Shown: in pieces, positions 52,345-64,000 of the stretch
How positions within the stretch are numbered: position 1 is the stretch's first letter
Layout: the number at the start of each line of letters is the position of its first letter
Origin: Octopus vulgaris
Taxonomy: Eukaryota
Direction: 5' to 3'
NCBI GenBank assembly: GCA_951406725.2
Contig: OX597822.1
Coordinates: 51,708,001-51,772,000 of the forward strand
DNA: 64,000 nt
Notes under the pieces: model-generated
Told to the model about the DNA's origin: nothing
What the model saw: only the letters and a program-made list of their open reading frames with translations
The model's database searches: none
Made by a program: the position numbers and the translations under genes

Positions 52345-52948
52345 AAAACAACATCTGTGGACCGCTTTCTTATCAACACAGAGAAGCTGCGTGGCTAGGT
52401 GGCGTTGCTGAATTCACGTTTAGAAAAATATAGTTTTCTCAGTGTCGGATCAGTCACTGATCTAATAAAGTAAAAATATTAGTATTTCTAAATCTCACAG
52501 ATATTGTGCCGTATAGCTAGCTGGAAACGATGTTTCCTGGACTAAACAGCAGTAGCAGTCGTCCCTTCTAGGACAGCCACATTATGTTGGCAAATAGCAT
52601 TAACTTTAAAGAACTGTTACTGAATATCTCTCTTTGAGAGATTTAGAAATAATATTTCTATTTTATTTTATAATATTTCTATGTGTTACTTAGAAAACTA
52701 TATATTTTCGAACGGTGAATTCAGCAACACCACCTAGCCATGCAGCTATTGTGTTGATAAAGGGCAATAATCCAGAAAGCGGGCCACAGATGTTGTTTTG
52801 TGCTGGGTCGGAGTGCTGGACTCCCTATTCAAAAATATAAGGACACAGATATTGTGTCGTATACCCAGCTGGAAAGGCTATTCCCTGGGGCTAAATAACA
52901 GTAACAATTGTCCCTTCCAGGACAACCACATTAGGTTGGCAAATAGCC
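52345..52948. mobile_element. Rearranged HHR-plus-tail cassette: inverted arms 52345-52443 and 52688-52799, direct tail copies 52495-52600 and 52840-52948
   Basis: Read directly; the tail is shared with 14670-14830. Confidence 0.75.
52750..52788 (+). ncRNA. Degenerate minimal hammerhead, U3-A8 core
   Basis: UGUG UUGAUAA AGG GCAAUAAU CCA GAAAGCGGGC CACA. The inverted copy at 52356-52380 keeps GGUC but has lost stem II. Confidence 0.5.
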
Positions 52949-52959
52949 TTTACGTTATT

Positions 52960-53110
52960 TATGTGTGTATGTATGTCTTTGTGTCTTTGTGTCTGCATTT
53001 TGTACCCCTATTACCACTTGACAACTGGCGTTGGTGTGTTTACGTCTCCGTAACTTAGCAGTCCACCATAAGAGACCGTTAAAATAAGTACTAGCTTAAG
53101 AAATAAGCCT
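52960..53110 (+). mobile_element. SINE 3' half fragment
   Basis: cacttgacaactggcgttggtgtgtttacgtctccgtaacttagc matches 46770-46860. Confidence 0.75.
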
Positions 53111-55997
53111 TCAGCATAACTGAAATAAATAAAAGAATACATACATATATATTTATGTTTGTGTACATGTTTAAATACTCCCCGGGAGTAATGCATTATC
53201 AGGGTTACATATATAAGTAGGACGGGTATGTGTGTATGTGTGTCTGTGTCTGTGTGTGTGTATGCGTGTGAGTGTGTGTGTGAGTCAGTGAGTGTGTGTG
53301 ATCTGTGTATGTGTGAATGTGTAAGTTTAATGCTGTTAGGGCTCTGTTTATTCATGTGCTTATAGAATATGATCCTGAGGTGACAAGATAGTGGCGAGAG
53401 GTAGGGTTCTTTTAACAAATAAAATATATGACAGAAATATCCATAAGGAAGAGCTTTCTGAAAATTGCAAAATTACCATACTCTCAGATTTACAATGTCA
53501 AATAGAGAGGTTAAAGAATATCAAAACAAAAAACTTTTATAAATCACCAGGAAAGAAAATGTCTGGAACTGATATATATTAATTTCACAAGATGACAATA
53601 TATCTCTTAAAGAATTGGAAAATTATACAAATATAAGATCTAGATATGGGATATCCAGCCTGTCATATAAAAGAGAAACGATCCAAGTAATAAGAAGTGC
53701 CTTACGAACAACAAAACTACGCAGACAAATATATAAATAAAATTCTAGGGCTTAAACATATGCACAATATGCAATATGTAATACTAATTCACATTCCAGA
53801 TATATCATGAGCGGTACTTATTATTTCAGCAGTCTAAGATATATTTTTTTATAGTATTCAATATGAAACATTCTCAAACATATTCCTTGAACGTGAGCTC
53901 TGAAACGCCAAAACATTTTATCCAGAATATGCAAATAAACTTATTTGCAATAAAGTTTTCATTCAATGGAAACCCATTTCTGGTTATATCTGTCTAGATT
54001 AATCTATAAATTACATTCTAAGCATAATCCACCTTCGTGAGCTTAATAATTTATTATTCTGTTTTCCTCACCAAAGGCCTCCTTCGAATGAATTACGACG
54101 AAGCACGCAAATGTTTAGCTGAATGCGTTATCTTACGTAATAACAATTTCCATTTTGTGTGATGCAAAAATTTGAATATCGGTAAAGTGGTTGTTAGGCA
54201 AAATGTTTGCAGATATAGAACGCATACATATCTAAAAAGAATGTATGTGCCAAAGAGATTAAGCATGTACCTTCGTTTAATATTACCGATGAGATGATGT
54301 TTCCTTATCATATGAAGATCACTATAAACAAGAAATGTTCATCTGTCGAAGTGTCATTTAACGAGGTACTTTGCAAATATATTCTAAACTTATGAATTAA
54401 TCGCCAAAGTAGCAATATTGACAACATTGCTTAGCCAACTAAAAATATAAATTTCTATCTCCAAGACGAAAGTATCTACAAACATTTTTAGGCTATAATC
54501 TCAAGAATTATAATCGAATCACTGATCCAGTGCAAACTCCCAAAATGCTGCTAAGAATTTTGACAAATCTTCATTTAAAATTTAAAGGGACTATTTCACT
54601 GATTTCATCTTGCTCAGTTTATATTTTCTATATCGTAGTCATGAATTGAAGCAATGCCCATGATCTCAAGACAAGTGAGAGGGTGTAAACTATCCTCCTA
54701 GCAGAGATGAGAACAGGATGCTAGCAAAAGAAAAAAAAATATTAGAAGTGCTAGATGGTGGTGTTAAACCGCGTGAACGATTATCATCGTTTGCCACTTA
54801 AGTAAGACCTAATGTGATTTGAAATCGAAATGCAAAAAACAGAAGAAACAACGGCAAGTATTCTAGGCACACAGTCTTACAATTACGCAACTCTATTATT
54901 TATCCCGAAAGGTTGAACATGAAAAGTAGACTTGAAAATGATTTGAGCTCAAAGAGCTGAGAGAGCAAATTCCACGAAGCGCTCTATCTGTCAAGCAGAC
55001 AGCTCAGCTAGTTCGCTTTCCTTACTGATATATCCTGAGAAGTACCAACTAATCATGTTAGATTCTTACAATAAATTACATTCATTAATTGTAACCGATG
55101 ACTAAGATAAAGATAATGGTGATGATGATGATGAGGGAGAGGAAGAGGATGTGGAGAAGGAGAAGGAAAGGAAAAGGATGAGATGAAGAAGGAGGAGGAG
55201 AAGGAGGGGAGGAGAAGTATGAGGACGAGGAGGAGTAGGAGGAGAAGTATGAGCACGAGAAGGAGGAGGGGGAGTACCGCAGGTATATATTTCATTGTGG
55301 AGAATGTCTCTGAAGAAACCAGTGGCTGTTGAATATGTTAATTAACATTAACATATTGTTTAAATGGTATGCTGTAATTCTTTGCATTTTGCAAAATAAC
55401 TAATCGAGCGTAACTAGGTTTTATCTCTCAGATTGAAACGCACGCTCCACATTTGTAAATGTACCTCTTTAAAATTTTGGAATTGCACTTTCTTGTTACA
55501 GCATGCTCAAACAGACGCAAATATATTTCATAACAGTTATGACAGTCATTCAAAGACACACACAAATTGTAATATTCCTTTTTCCATTATTTATTGTTTT
55601 AGCAACCTCTTACGGCATCTCTGCTGGACATTGACACATTGTATGTATAAAGTAAAATGTCGTTTAAAATTGATGATAGCTGTTTCGGTATATCTTCCCT
55701 AGTGCAATAATAGATTATGTCATAATAAATAATCCACCATCACAAAGTAAAATTTTAAGCAGGGAAGATTCTAAGCAAGTAAATTTAGTAGGAGTAGGTG
55801 TGTGGTATAGGAGAAGGAGTGGCTGTATAGTACGTAGCTTGCATACGAACCACACTGTTCCATGCATGTTCAGTCCCACTGCGTGCCCCTTGGGCAAATG
55901 TCTTCTGCTATAGCCTCGGGCCGACCAAAGCCTTGTCAGTGGATTTGGTAGATGAAAACTGAAAGAAGGCCGTTGTATATATGTATATATATATATA

Positions 55998-57254
55998 CAG
56001 GGTGGGGAAGCAAAATTTACAATGTTTTTTCTCAGGAGGCACTAAGTCATTTGTTTTGAAACCAAGCATATATTGATGTCATACTCATACCTAATACTAT
56101 TATCCTTACCTTTTCAGAAAATTTTGCCCATATGAGTAATCAGGAAACCAAAAGTCAAAGAGTGTGTGATTTTCTGAATGCAGTCGTCACACCAAAGGAG
56201 ATTTCACAAATAGTTGGAGTGTCCATAAAGACTATTTATAATGTAAAGAATAGAATGACTATGAGCAAAACTATTACGACGAAGTCTGGAAGTTGCGGAA
56301 TCAACAAAAAAACGTACCAAAGCTTTTATTAAAGTTCTCAAATCCAAAATCTTAAATGATCCAAACAAATCCATGAGTAAAATGGCAATTGAACTTGAGG
56401 TAGACAACAAGACCATTAGAAATGCTGTCAAATATGATTTGAGGTTAAAATCTTACACAAGAACACCAAAACACTTGTTGACAACAGCTATGAAGGAAAG
56501 GAGATAGGAGAGGTGCAAGAAAATTATTACCTGGTTCAAGAAATAGTCCTCCATTGTAACGATCTTTTCAAATGAAAAGATCTTCGCTGTCGATGCTGTT
56601 CTGAACAGCAGAAATGTCAGATTTATTGCAAAATCAACAGCTGAGGTTAAGAGGACATTCAAAACAAAAGATCCTGCTCAAGTTATGGCTTTTTGGTGTT
56701 GTGGCTTCCGATGGAAAGAAAATGCCTATTAAATTCTACAAGGCTGATGAAAAGACCAATGTTAATACGTACTACAAGACTCTGAGATACCAGGTATTGC
56801 CATGGCTTAAGGCAAACTACCCAGATGGTAATTATGTATGGACACAGGATGGTGCTCCAGCTAGAAACATACAAGATTTCTGCAAATCCAACTTTAGCAA
56901 TTTTTTGGAATCATGTTTATGGCCGCCTTCTAGCCCAGATCTAAACTCTCTGGATTATGCTATTTGGGGCATTTTAGAACATGCTACCAATAGGACATCA
57001 TACAGCAATGTCGACTCTCTTAAAGAAGAATGGGAGAAGTTGTCTCCCGAATATTTGAGGAACACCTGTGCAAGTTTCAGGAAGCGTGTGAAGGCAGTTA
57101 TTGAGAAAGAAGGAGGACACATGGAATAAAAATATTTTCTATTATGTAAATTGTCTTGTGGCAAATAAATTCTCATGACTTTCAATAAACAAATTGGTCA
57201 TACACTGTCTTTCAATCCCTGCCTCAAAATATTGTAAATTTTGGTTCCCCACCC

Positions 57255-57256
<2 letters not shown>
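55998..57256 (+). mobile_element. Full-length maT (DD37D-like) Tc1/mariner-superfamily transposon in (TA)n
   Basis: TIRs cagggtggggaagcaaaatttacaat and attgtaaattttggttccccaccctg; TA flanks. Confidence 0.92.
56132..57129 (+). pseudogene. maT-type transposase, disrupted
   Basis: MSNQETK start (HTH); IFSNEKIF, VWTQDGAPA, WPPSSPDLNSLDYAIWG and VIEKEGGHME, with stops and frameshifts. Confidence 0.88.
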
Positions 57257-57285
<29 letters not shown>

Positions 57286-57371
57286 ATTAGAGACAAAACC
57301 ACTATTTTGCAAAACAAACAAGGAAAGACTTAATCAATACATAAAATTTTAATAAAAAGTCAAAAAAACCG

Positions 57372-57414
57372 CCACTACAATTGTTTCTTGTCCTAATCGA
57401 CAATCTTCAGGTGG
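57372..57414 (-). ncRNA. Minimal type I hammerhead ribozyme with intact core (mirror copy)
   Basis: Reverse complement of 57469-57511. Confidence 0.85.
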
Positions 57415-57468
57415 ACTTCCAATTTTCAAGTCAGTTTCAAATTTGAAACTGACTTGAAAATTGGAAGT

Positions 57469-57511
57469 CCACCTGAAGATTGTCGATTAGGACAAGAAAC
57501 AATTGTAGTGG
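57469..57511 (+). ncRNA. Minimal type I hammerhead ribozyme with intact core
   Basis: CCAC CUGAAGA UUGUC GAUUAG GACAA GAAAC AAUU GUA GUGG; palindromic ACAAUUGU stem III; predicted cut after 57507. Confidence 0.85.
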
Positions 57512-57653
57512 CGGTTTTTTTGACTTTTTATTAAAATTTTATGTATTGATTAAGTCTTTCCTTGTTTGTTTTGCAAAATAGTGGTTTTGTCTCTAATAAT
57601 ATTATATAATATTTTACTATAAAATTGGATTTATTCTGATTTTTCCTAATATT

Positions 57654-57706
<53 letters not shown>

Positions 57707-57709
<3 letters not shown>

Positions 57710-57753
57710 GGTGGGGAACCAAAATTTACAATATTTTGAGGCAGGGATTGAAA

Positions 57754-57757
<4 letters not shown>
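57707..57757. repeat. Inverted 51-bp copy of the maT right end (57206-57256)
   Basis: Exact reverse complement, including the right-TIR-specific aacc variant and subterminal sequence. Confidence 0.9.
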
Positions 57758-57825
<68 letters not shown>

Positions 57826-57828
<3 letters not shown>

Positions 57829-58128
57829 GGGGCGCAATGGCCCAGAGGTTAGGGCAGCGGACTCGCGGTCGTAGAATCGCGATTTCGATTCCCAGACCGG
57901 GCGTTGTGAGTGTTTATTGAGCGAAAACACCTAAAGCTCCACGAGGCTCTGGCAGGTGGGTAGTGGCGATCCCTGCTGTACACTTTCGCCGCGAATTTCT
58001 CTCACTCTTTCTTCTGTTGGCCAGCTCGCTTAGCCATCGGGGTGGCGTCATTTGAAGGCTAAAACAATGCGAAGCGCATTGTGACCACCGAAGTGTAGCA
58101 ACATCTGATAGCCTGGTCGGTCACGGTG
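57826..58128 (+). mobile_element. Second tRNA-derived SINE family (~300 bp)
   Basis: Head ggcgcaatggcccagaggttagggcagcggactc...tttcgattccc with A/B-box-like motifs; GC-rich body; inserted in (TA)n. Confidence 0.75.
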
Positions 58129-58692
58129 ATATATTTATGTATGTGTATATGTTTGTGTTTCTGTGCTTGTACCCCCATCATCACTTGACAACCGATGATG
58201 GTATCTTTACGTCCCCGTAACATAGCGGTTCGGCAAAAGAGACCGATAGAATAAGTACTAGCCCTACAAAGAATAAGTCCTGGGGTCGATTTGCTCGACT
58301 AAAGGCGGTGCTCCAGCATGGCCACAGTCAAATGTCTGAAACATGAGATCTTGTTTTCAGAATTCTGCAAATTATTCGCGTGTCACTGTATATGTATGTA
58401 GAACCCAGCATATATTTAACTACACAACTTAACATTTCTGCAGATCAAATAAATGCGACGTACTTGTCTGGAGTTGCAGTGAACATATATGTTCTTATCT
58501 ATCATTGTCATGTATGTCTTTTTGTGATACGCTCTGCATGTTTGATCATTTGCATGTATGTTTTACATATAGCATGTCTTTTTATATCAGCCTACATCCA
58601 TTATAACTCTCACTCACTCACTTTCTCATTGATTTTCTCTATCTCTCTGTATATATTACATGTGTGTGTATGTAAATATGTATACGTATGTG

Positions 58693-58739
<47 letters not shown>

Positions 58740-58787
58740 AGATACAGAGATAGATAGATAGATAGATAAATAGATATTTCCGCGGGC

Positions 58788-58963
<176 letters not shown>

Positions 58964-59253
58964 GTACCGGATTATATTCACAAGTGTGGTATGTATATAG
59001 AGATAGAGACCATTGCAATCACAAATATCATATATATATGCACGTGAGTATTTTATTTCGTGTATAAATGCACGTATGTATATGTGGATGTCCACGTGAC
59101 TGTGACTGATTTAGTGCAATTTCTTTTACTTACCTGTTTAGCTTTCCTTCTCTATAACTTGCGTGTTCGATTTTGTATGTGACTGTGAATTTAGGTACAC
59201 ATATATTCCTATGTTTGTGCGTGTTCGCTTATGTGTGTGTGTGTGTGTGTGTA

Positions 59254-59327
<74 letters not shown>

Positions 59328-59924
59328 TGTTTCTGTTTGTGTGTGAACGTACATGAATGTTTGAGTATAGGTTTGCATGAACAAATGCCCTTGTATGCAC
59401 GCGATTTACTTTTCATCTCTTGTAATGTAAGGACGTATAGCACGCTCTCACGCTATTCTTAATACCTCGTATTTCTTCTCCGATGCTAAACGATAAATAA
59501 GATATCCATTCTCTCACACTATACATTAAACACGATATCCTCTCCTACCACATCTTTCATTATCATAGCTCCATCGACCATTGCTCAATCGTTTTCCTTC
59601 TTGTTGCTTTTGCTCGTAGTTTTCATCATTCTCTTACCACAACACGCATACTGCGCATTGGCTTTTCCTATTGTTTTAGTGCCTGTCTTATATTTTTATG
59701 TTATTATTGGAAACTGAAGAATGTATTCAATCTCCTGGTGAGTAAAATCCATGATCAGTGTTTTGATTCCTAGTTGCTGTAATTTCCTTTCAATTAAGAA
59801 TGTTGCCAGTACATTAAGGAAAGATTCGTGCTTTGCCAATGACGTAATGCTTGTATATGAGTACACTTCAATAACTGTTTTTCTTCGGTATTCCCGTTAT
59901 TATTGAGATGTGTTATTTTATCTA

Positions 59925-60250
59925 TGATGATGATGATGATGATTGTGGTGGTGATGGTGGTGGTGTCGGCAGTGGTGGTATCGGTGATTGTGGTGTCGGT
60001 GGTGGTGGTGATGGTGGTCGTCGTCGTCGTCCTCGTCGTGGCGGTGGTGGTGGTGGTGTTGGTGGTGGTAGTTGTACTGTCATATTTAACACTTTCTGAT
60101 CGGTATTGGTGGTTGTGGTGTCGGTGGTTGTGGTATCGGTGGTGGTGGTGGTGGTGGTGCTGATGGTGGTGGTGGTGGTGTCGGTGGTGGTGGTGGTGGT
60201 GATAGTTGTACTGTAGTATTTAGCATTTCCTGATTGGTATTGGTGGTTAG
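59925..60250. repeat. (GAT)/(GGT)n low-complexity tract with a duplicated ~47-bp unit (about 60068 and 60202)
   Basis: Read directly. Confidence 0.85.
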
Positions 60251-61324
60251 AAGAGAACAGTATGCGTAACGAACCCGGTTAACGGACCACTGTACGGACA
60301 TATTTCCGTTTCTCTTCTGTAACTTACAATGCGCTGAGTCAGTGCCTAAGAAACTCTCCCTAAGTATTCTTTACGTAAATATAAGACGGGTACAGCACAC
60401 GCAGTACCTAAAATACACACACTTTTGGCTTGTGTTACAGTTTCGTGTAAGAATCCTTAGAATGTTAATCTATATACTAAGAACAATCATTGTTGTATCA
60501 CCCTCGTAAATAAATAAATAAACCCTTACAGCACAATATTCTATATAAACACAAGAGGTTTGAGAGAAATTGCGCCTTCTAAACTGTGCTGAATATAAAC
60601 CCTTATAATCGTGTTAATGAATTTATTCAAATATTTAATATTCTGAAGTTGGAAAGGTGCAATATTTTACAACCTTGAAAATTACAAAAAAAAAAAAAGA
60701 AAAGAAAAAAATGAAATCTAATTTAAGCTTGAACACACAATATTTACACAACATTGTCATGCAACAATTGTAAACTACATTTCCTTGCAATGTTGCAGCA
60801 ACACATCCCATACTAAAAAGTAAAGAAAATTAATATTCTAGTAGTGTTTACATCTGCGAGAAATTGAAAATTTATTCTCAAATCAAAAGACGCTTTATAA
60901 AGTGAATGATATTTTAGTTAGTGTTGTTCAGGAAATCACTCATGCCAAAAACAGAACAGAAGATGGGAACAAGAAAAATATTCTCTATTTACAATGAATC
61001 TCAATGCGAATTAATTTGGGAGAAACTAACTGGCACATTTAAACCTTGATGTTTTATAATCCTATATTTATGTAATGTTGTCAAGTAAGTAAACTCGAAT
61101 GCATTCCAAGTTTTCTGCTACTCTTTTCCATAGTAAATTATTTCAAATCCTACTTCGCATCTGTATGTTGGTCACTCTGTGTCAGTTAATGAGGCACCAG
61201 TAAAATATAGAGAATGATAACAATGTCTATATGATGAAAATATTAACCTTTCATTAACCTTATGAAAATATTAACCCCGTATCAATAATTTTATTGATTA
61301 TTTAAGGCAAATATCCCATTTCCT

Positions 61325-62090
61325 TATTTAAGTCAATTCATGATAAAATAATTTTATTTGTCGATATTTGTCGGTTTTGTACCATGTGTCCGCCCTGTTT
61401 ACTTTGTCACAAGCTCTTTGCACTTTATTCCAGTGTTTAATTCTGTATCTAGGGCAGGTACCACTTGTTTGATTACATATAATGTTTTCTAACACCTTTC
61501 TAGCGCCCCTGTATACTCGAACCCTATCTTTATAATCATATCCAGAGACTTGCATGTGGTGCATGAAGTTCTGTACATGTCTCTTCGTTTCATAGGGTTT
61601 GCATATTGGGAACACGTTGTTCATTATCCTAATTATGTTAATTTTCATGTTGTGCGACAAAGCTGACTTCTTGCGAACAATATATTTCGAAGCTATGATT
61701 TTCATGTAATTGGAGTGGAGGAGATGGACTCTGTTGTTCACAGTGTCTAATCAAAGTTCAGTATCAAGGACAGGGAGTCTATTGTTGGGGTGCCTAGTGG
61801 GGGTACTTTGGTGGATGGAGTTAGCTACTTGCTAGATGTTCTCTATTATATTCCTCTCAGTTTCTACATTACCGTTACTAGAGTTGGTCTTAACTAGGAT
61901 ATCGATGTCGTCTATATACCTACTGTAAAGTAAAAGTTCTGTGAACTGTTCTGCTAAGGATTGCTTAAGTTTTCTGTCCCACCAGGTCATAAGGAGGCGG
62001 GCCACATCTCCAGTTACACCGAGACGAATGGCTGCACATTGAACCTCCATGTATATATTTTTGTTAAACTTTGCTATGTGGTTCTTCACG
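61325..62090 (-). mobile_element. Penelope-like RT fragment (resembles the Naiad type)
   Basis: ORF 61832-62089 (AAIRLGVTGDVARLLMTWWD, YSRYIDDI), LPVLDTEL at about 61750-61780, and ORF 61328-61741 (KSALS, MQVSGY, RYR...WYK). Confidence 0.72.
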
Positions 62091-62907
62091 GAGGTACTTA
62101 TTATAGATGTATAATAATATGAATAGGTAAGTAAATATTTGACTGTATTCTAATGCGAAGAGAAAGATAACTGTATAAAATAGTTCATGCATTCTTTATA
62201 ATTAATAAAAAGGAAATATAAATATGCTATGATTCTATCATATTAGTTGCACTTGTTTTAACCTATTCAAAATATTATTCGCACTCAAATCATGTATAAC
62301 TCTACAATAACAAAGAGATTCACGAGATAAAATAGTGAGATATCACGTAATTGACTTACAAGCCCTGAAAAAATATCGTTGACATCAGGGACGTGCAACA
62401 ACGTAATAAGAAAAAAAAAACAGATTTGTAACAAGATAAAACAAATACAAAAGCTAAAAAGAAAAAAACGACGTGACAATACATAATAGGTATTTTGCTT
62501 ATCTTGAACTACGGTATTTTCTATTCTGTGATAACATTAACAACTTTTGTGGTTAAGCAAAAACGACTACTCAGTATTTTTTTTTTTTAGTTATTCTAAG
62601 CTGACGCAAAATCATACTAAGATATAGAAAAAGTATTGGTATATGTTTTGTTCATCTTCATACATAATTTGGAAGTCTTGTTGAAAATGTTCTGCTGTAG
62701 ATGTATGTCATATAATACTATCTAGTCTTCAATATCATTGACTCCTGTTCAGATCGTTCACCAATTATTCTGCGAGAAAATAATTAATATTCTGCGTTTG
62801 AAGATCTACGTAGACCGTCTTTCACGTCATATTATAGCTACATTTACAAACTCTTTGCAATTATATTACTAAGCACTTGGTAAAAATATAATTCTAGCTT
62901 GAATATA

Positions 62908-63308
62908 TCAGGTCATCACATAAGTTCTACCCGATTTTACCTTTTTTAAAATTGAATGAAATTTAATAGTATTTTAGAATGTCTAATGGAATTAAAAACT
63001 ATTTTTATGCATGTGTGTACATTTAAACTAATTAAATAATATTTTACAGAATAATAAAATTAAAATTTCTTTGATTAAAACCCTTTCTAACATGGGAGTA
63101 TCCAAAGAACATCTGAGGCACATAATGATATATAAGTACAAAAAAGGAAACTCTGCAGCCGAAGCGACTCGAAACATGCACTCAGTTTATGGGAAAGAAT
63201 GCTTGAATGTAAGAACTTGCAGAAGATGGTTTGCAAAATTCAGAAGTGGAGAGTTCAGCTTTGAAGATGAAGATCTAACAGGAAGTCCAGTTGAGTTTGA
63301 TGATGTGT
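62908..63308 (+). mobile_element. Mariner 5' fragment (TIR and HTH)
   Basis: ORF 63071-63310: KEHLRHIMIYKYKKGNSAAEATRNMHSVYG...RRWFAKFRSG. Confidence 0.85.
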
Positions 63309-64000
63309 AAAGGAGAAGGTTACAAGACTTGTACAAGGACCGTTGGACAAAAGAATAGGTGCTATGATAAGTAGGTGAAAGATAACATATCTTGAACATT
63401 ATGAAAATACAAAAACTTATGCATTATTGCCATATTGGAAGAAACAGAGGTCTGGAAAATATTATCATCGAAGTAAGACTAGAGGATACAATATCAAGAA
63501 ACGGGTAAAAAAGGCAATGTGTATGGACAATATCAGTAGCTGGTTGGACAAGAGTGATAAGGGGGCTTAACTCGCGCTTAATCAGGAAAACTTTCCTTGT
63601 AGGGTGATCAAGGCGCAAGACTCATGACGATGACATCATTATCGATCACTTGATTTTCTCTTATTTACGCTATCATCTTTACACATAACGATACACTCAC
63701 ACACGCATATATGTATGTGTGCGTATGTATAAATACGTGCATGTATATTGGATTGTTGCATGGTTTAGGATGTTAGGCGCATGATTATAATGCCATAGAA
63801 CATGGGTATGAATCCTGGTCCTACAACCGAACAAGGAATTCCTCCTCGTTTTGCCCTGTTCAAATGTGTACCAGGGTAGTTCTCGCGCAGTCTCTTCTGC
63901 TTCCAGCTGTCACACCATAGATGTTCCGTTGGCTCGAGAGTAAAAGTGCCCAGAAGTGTCCGACCATCAATAGTTAAACACGTAATAAACAAGCATAGAC

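Larger units (their letters stand above)
57275..57608. repeat. Perfect spacerless 334-bp palindrome centred at 57441/57442
   Basis: Arms are exact reverse complements by eye; centre ttcaaa|tttgaa. Confidence 0.95.
55809..58345 (+). mobile_element. tRNA/CORE-type SINE split by ~2.1 kb of nested insertions in its internal (TA)n
   Basis: 5' half at 55809-55976 and 3' half at 58130-58345 are collinear with 46553-46950. Confidence 0.8.

Noticed and set aside
52840-52948. SECIS or a second ribozyme in the cassette tail
   Set aside because: I could not identify a SECIS core or an HDV-like fold by eye; it needs a covariance-model search.
57826-57905. tRNA gene
   Set aside because: No complete cloverleaf or terminator, and it continues into a SINE body; treated as a SINE head.
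59903-60301. Gly-, Val- or Pro-rich ORFs
   Set aside because: (GGT)n microsatellite translations.

Overview
AT-rich, microsatellite-dense animal genomic DNA. I infer a coleoid cephalopod, probably Octopus, from recalled SINE and repeat families; this is not verified. I cannot support any host protein-coding gene, and most ORFs in the track are microsatellite translations. The window is a nest of mostly decayed mobile elements: R4/Dong-type RLE LINEs in (TAA)n arrays, an L1/Tx1-type LINE fragment, four Penelope-like (PLE) fragments, about eight Tc1/mariner/maT remnants (two full length), a Chapaev3-like remnant, tRNA/CORE-type SINEs and a 4.7 kb composite satellite. The main signal missed by the ORF track is RNA-level. 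I read about a dozen type I hammerhead ribozyme (HHR) motifs by eye. Three have intact cores (37940-38000, 57372-57414, 57469-57511), and others have U3-A8 or A6U core variants. They sit in short non-coding cassettes, mostly next to (TA)n arrays. At five loci the cassette is a fold-back with a hammerhead (intact, mutated or partial) on each arm pointing outward. The extreme case is a perfect 334-bp palindrome that encodes an intact HHR on both strands.
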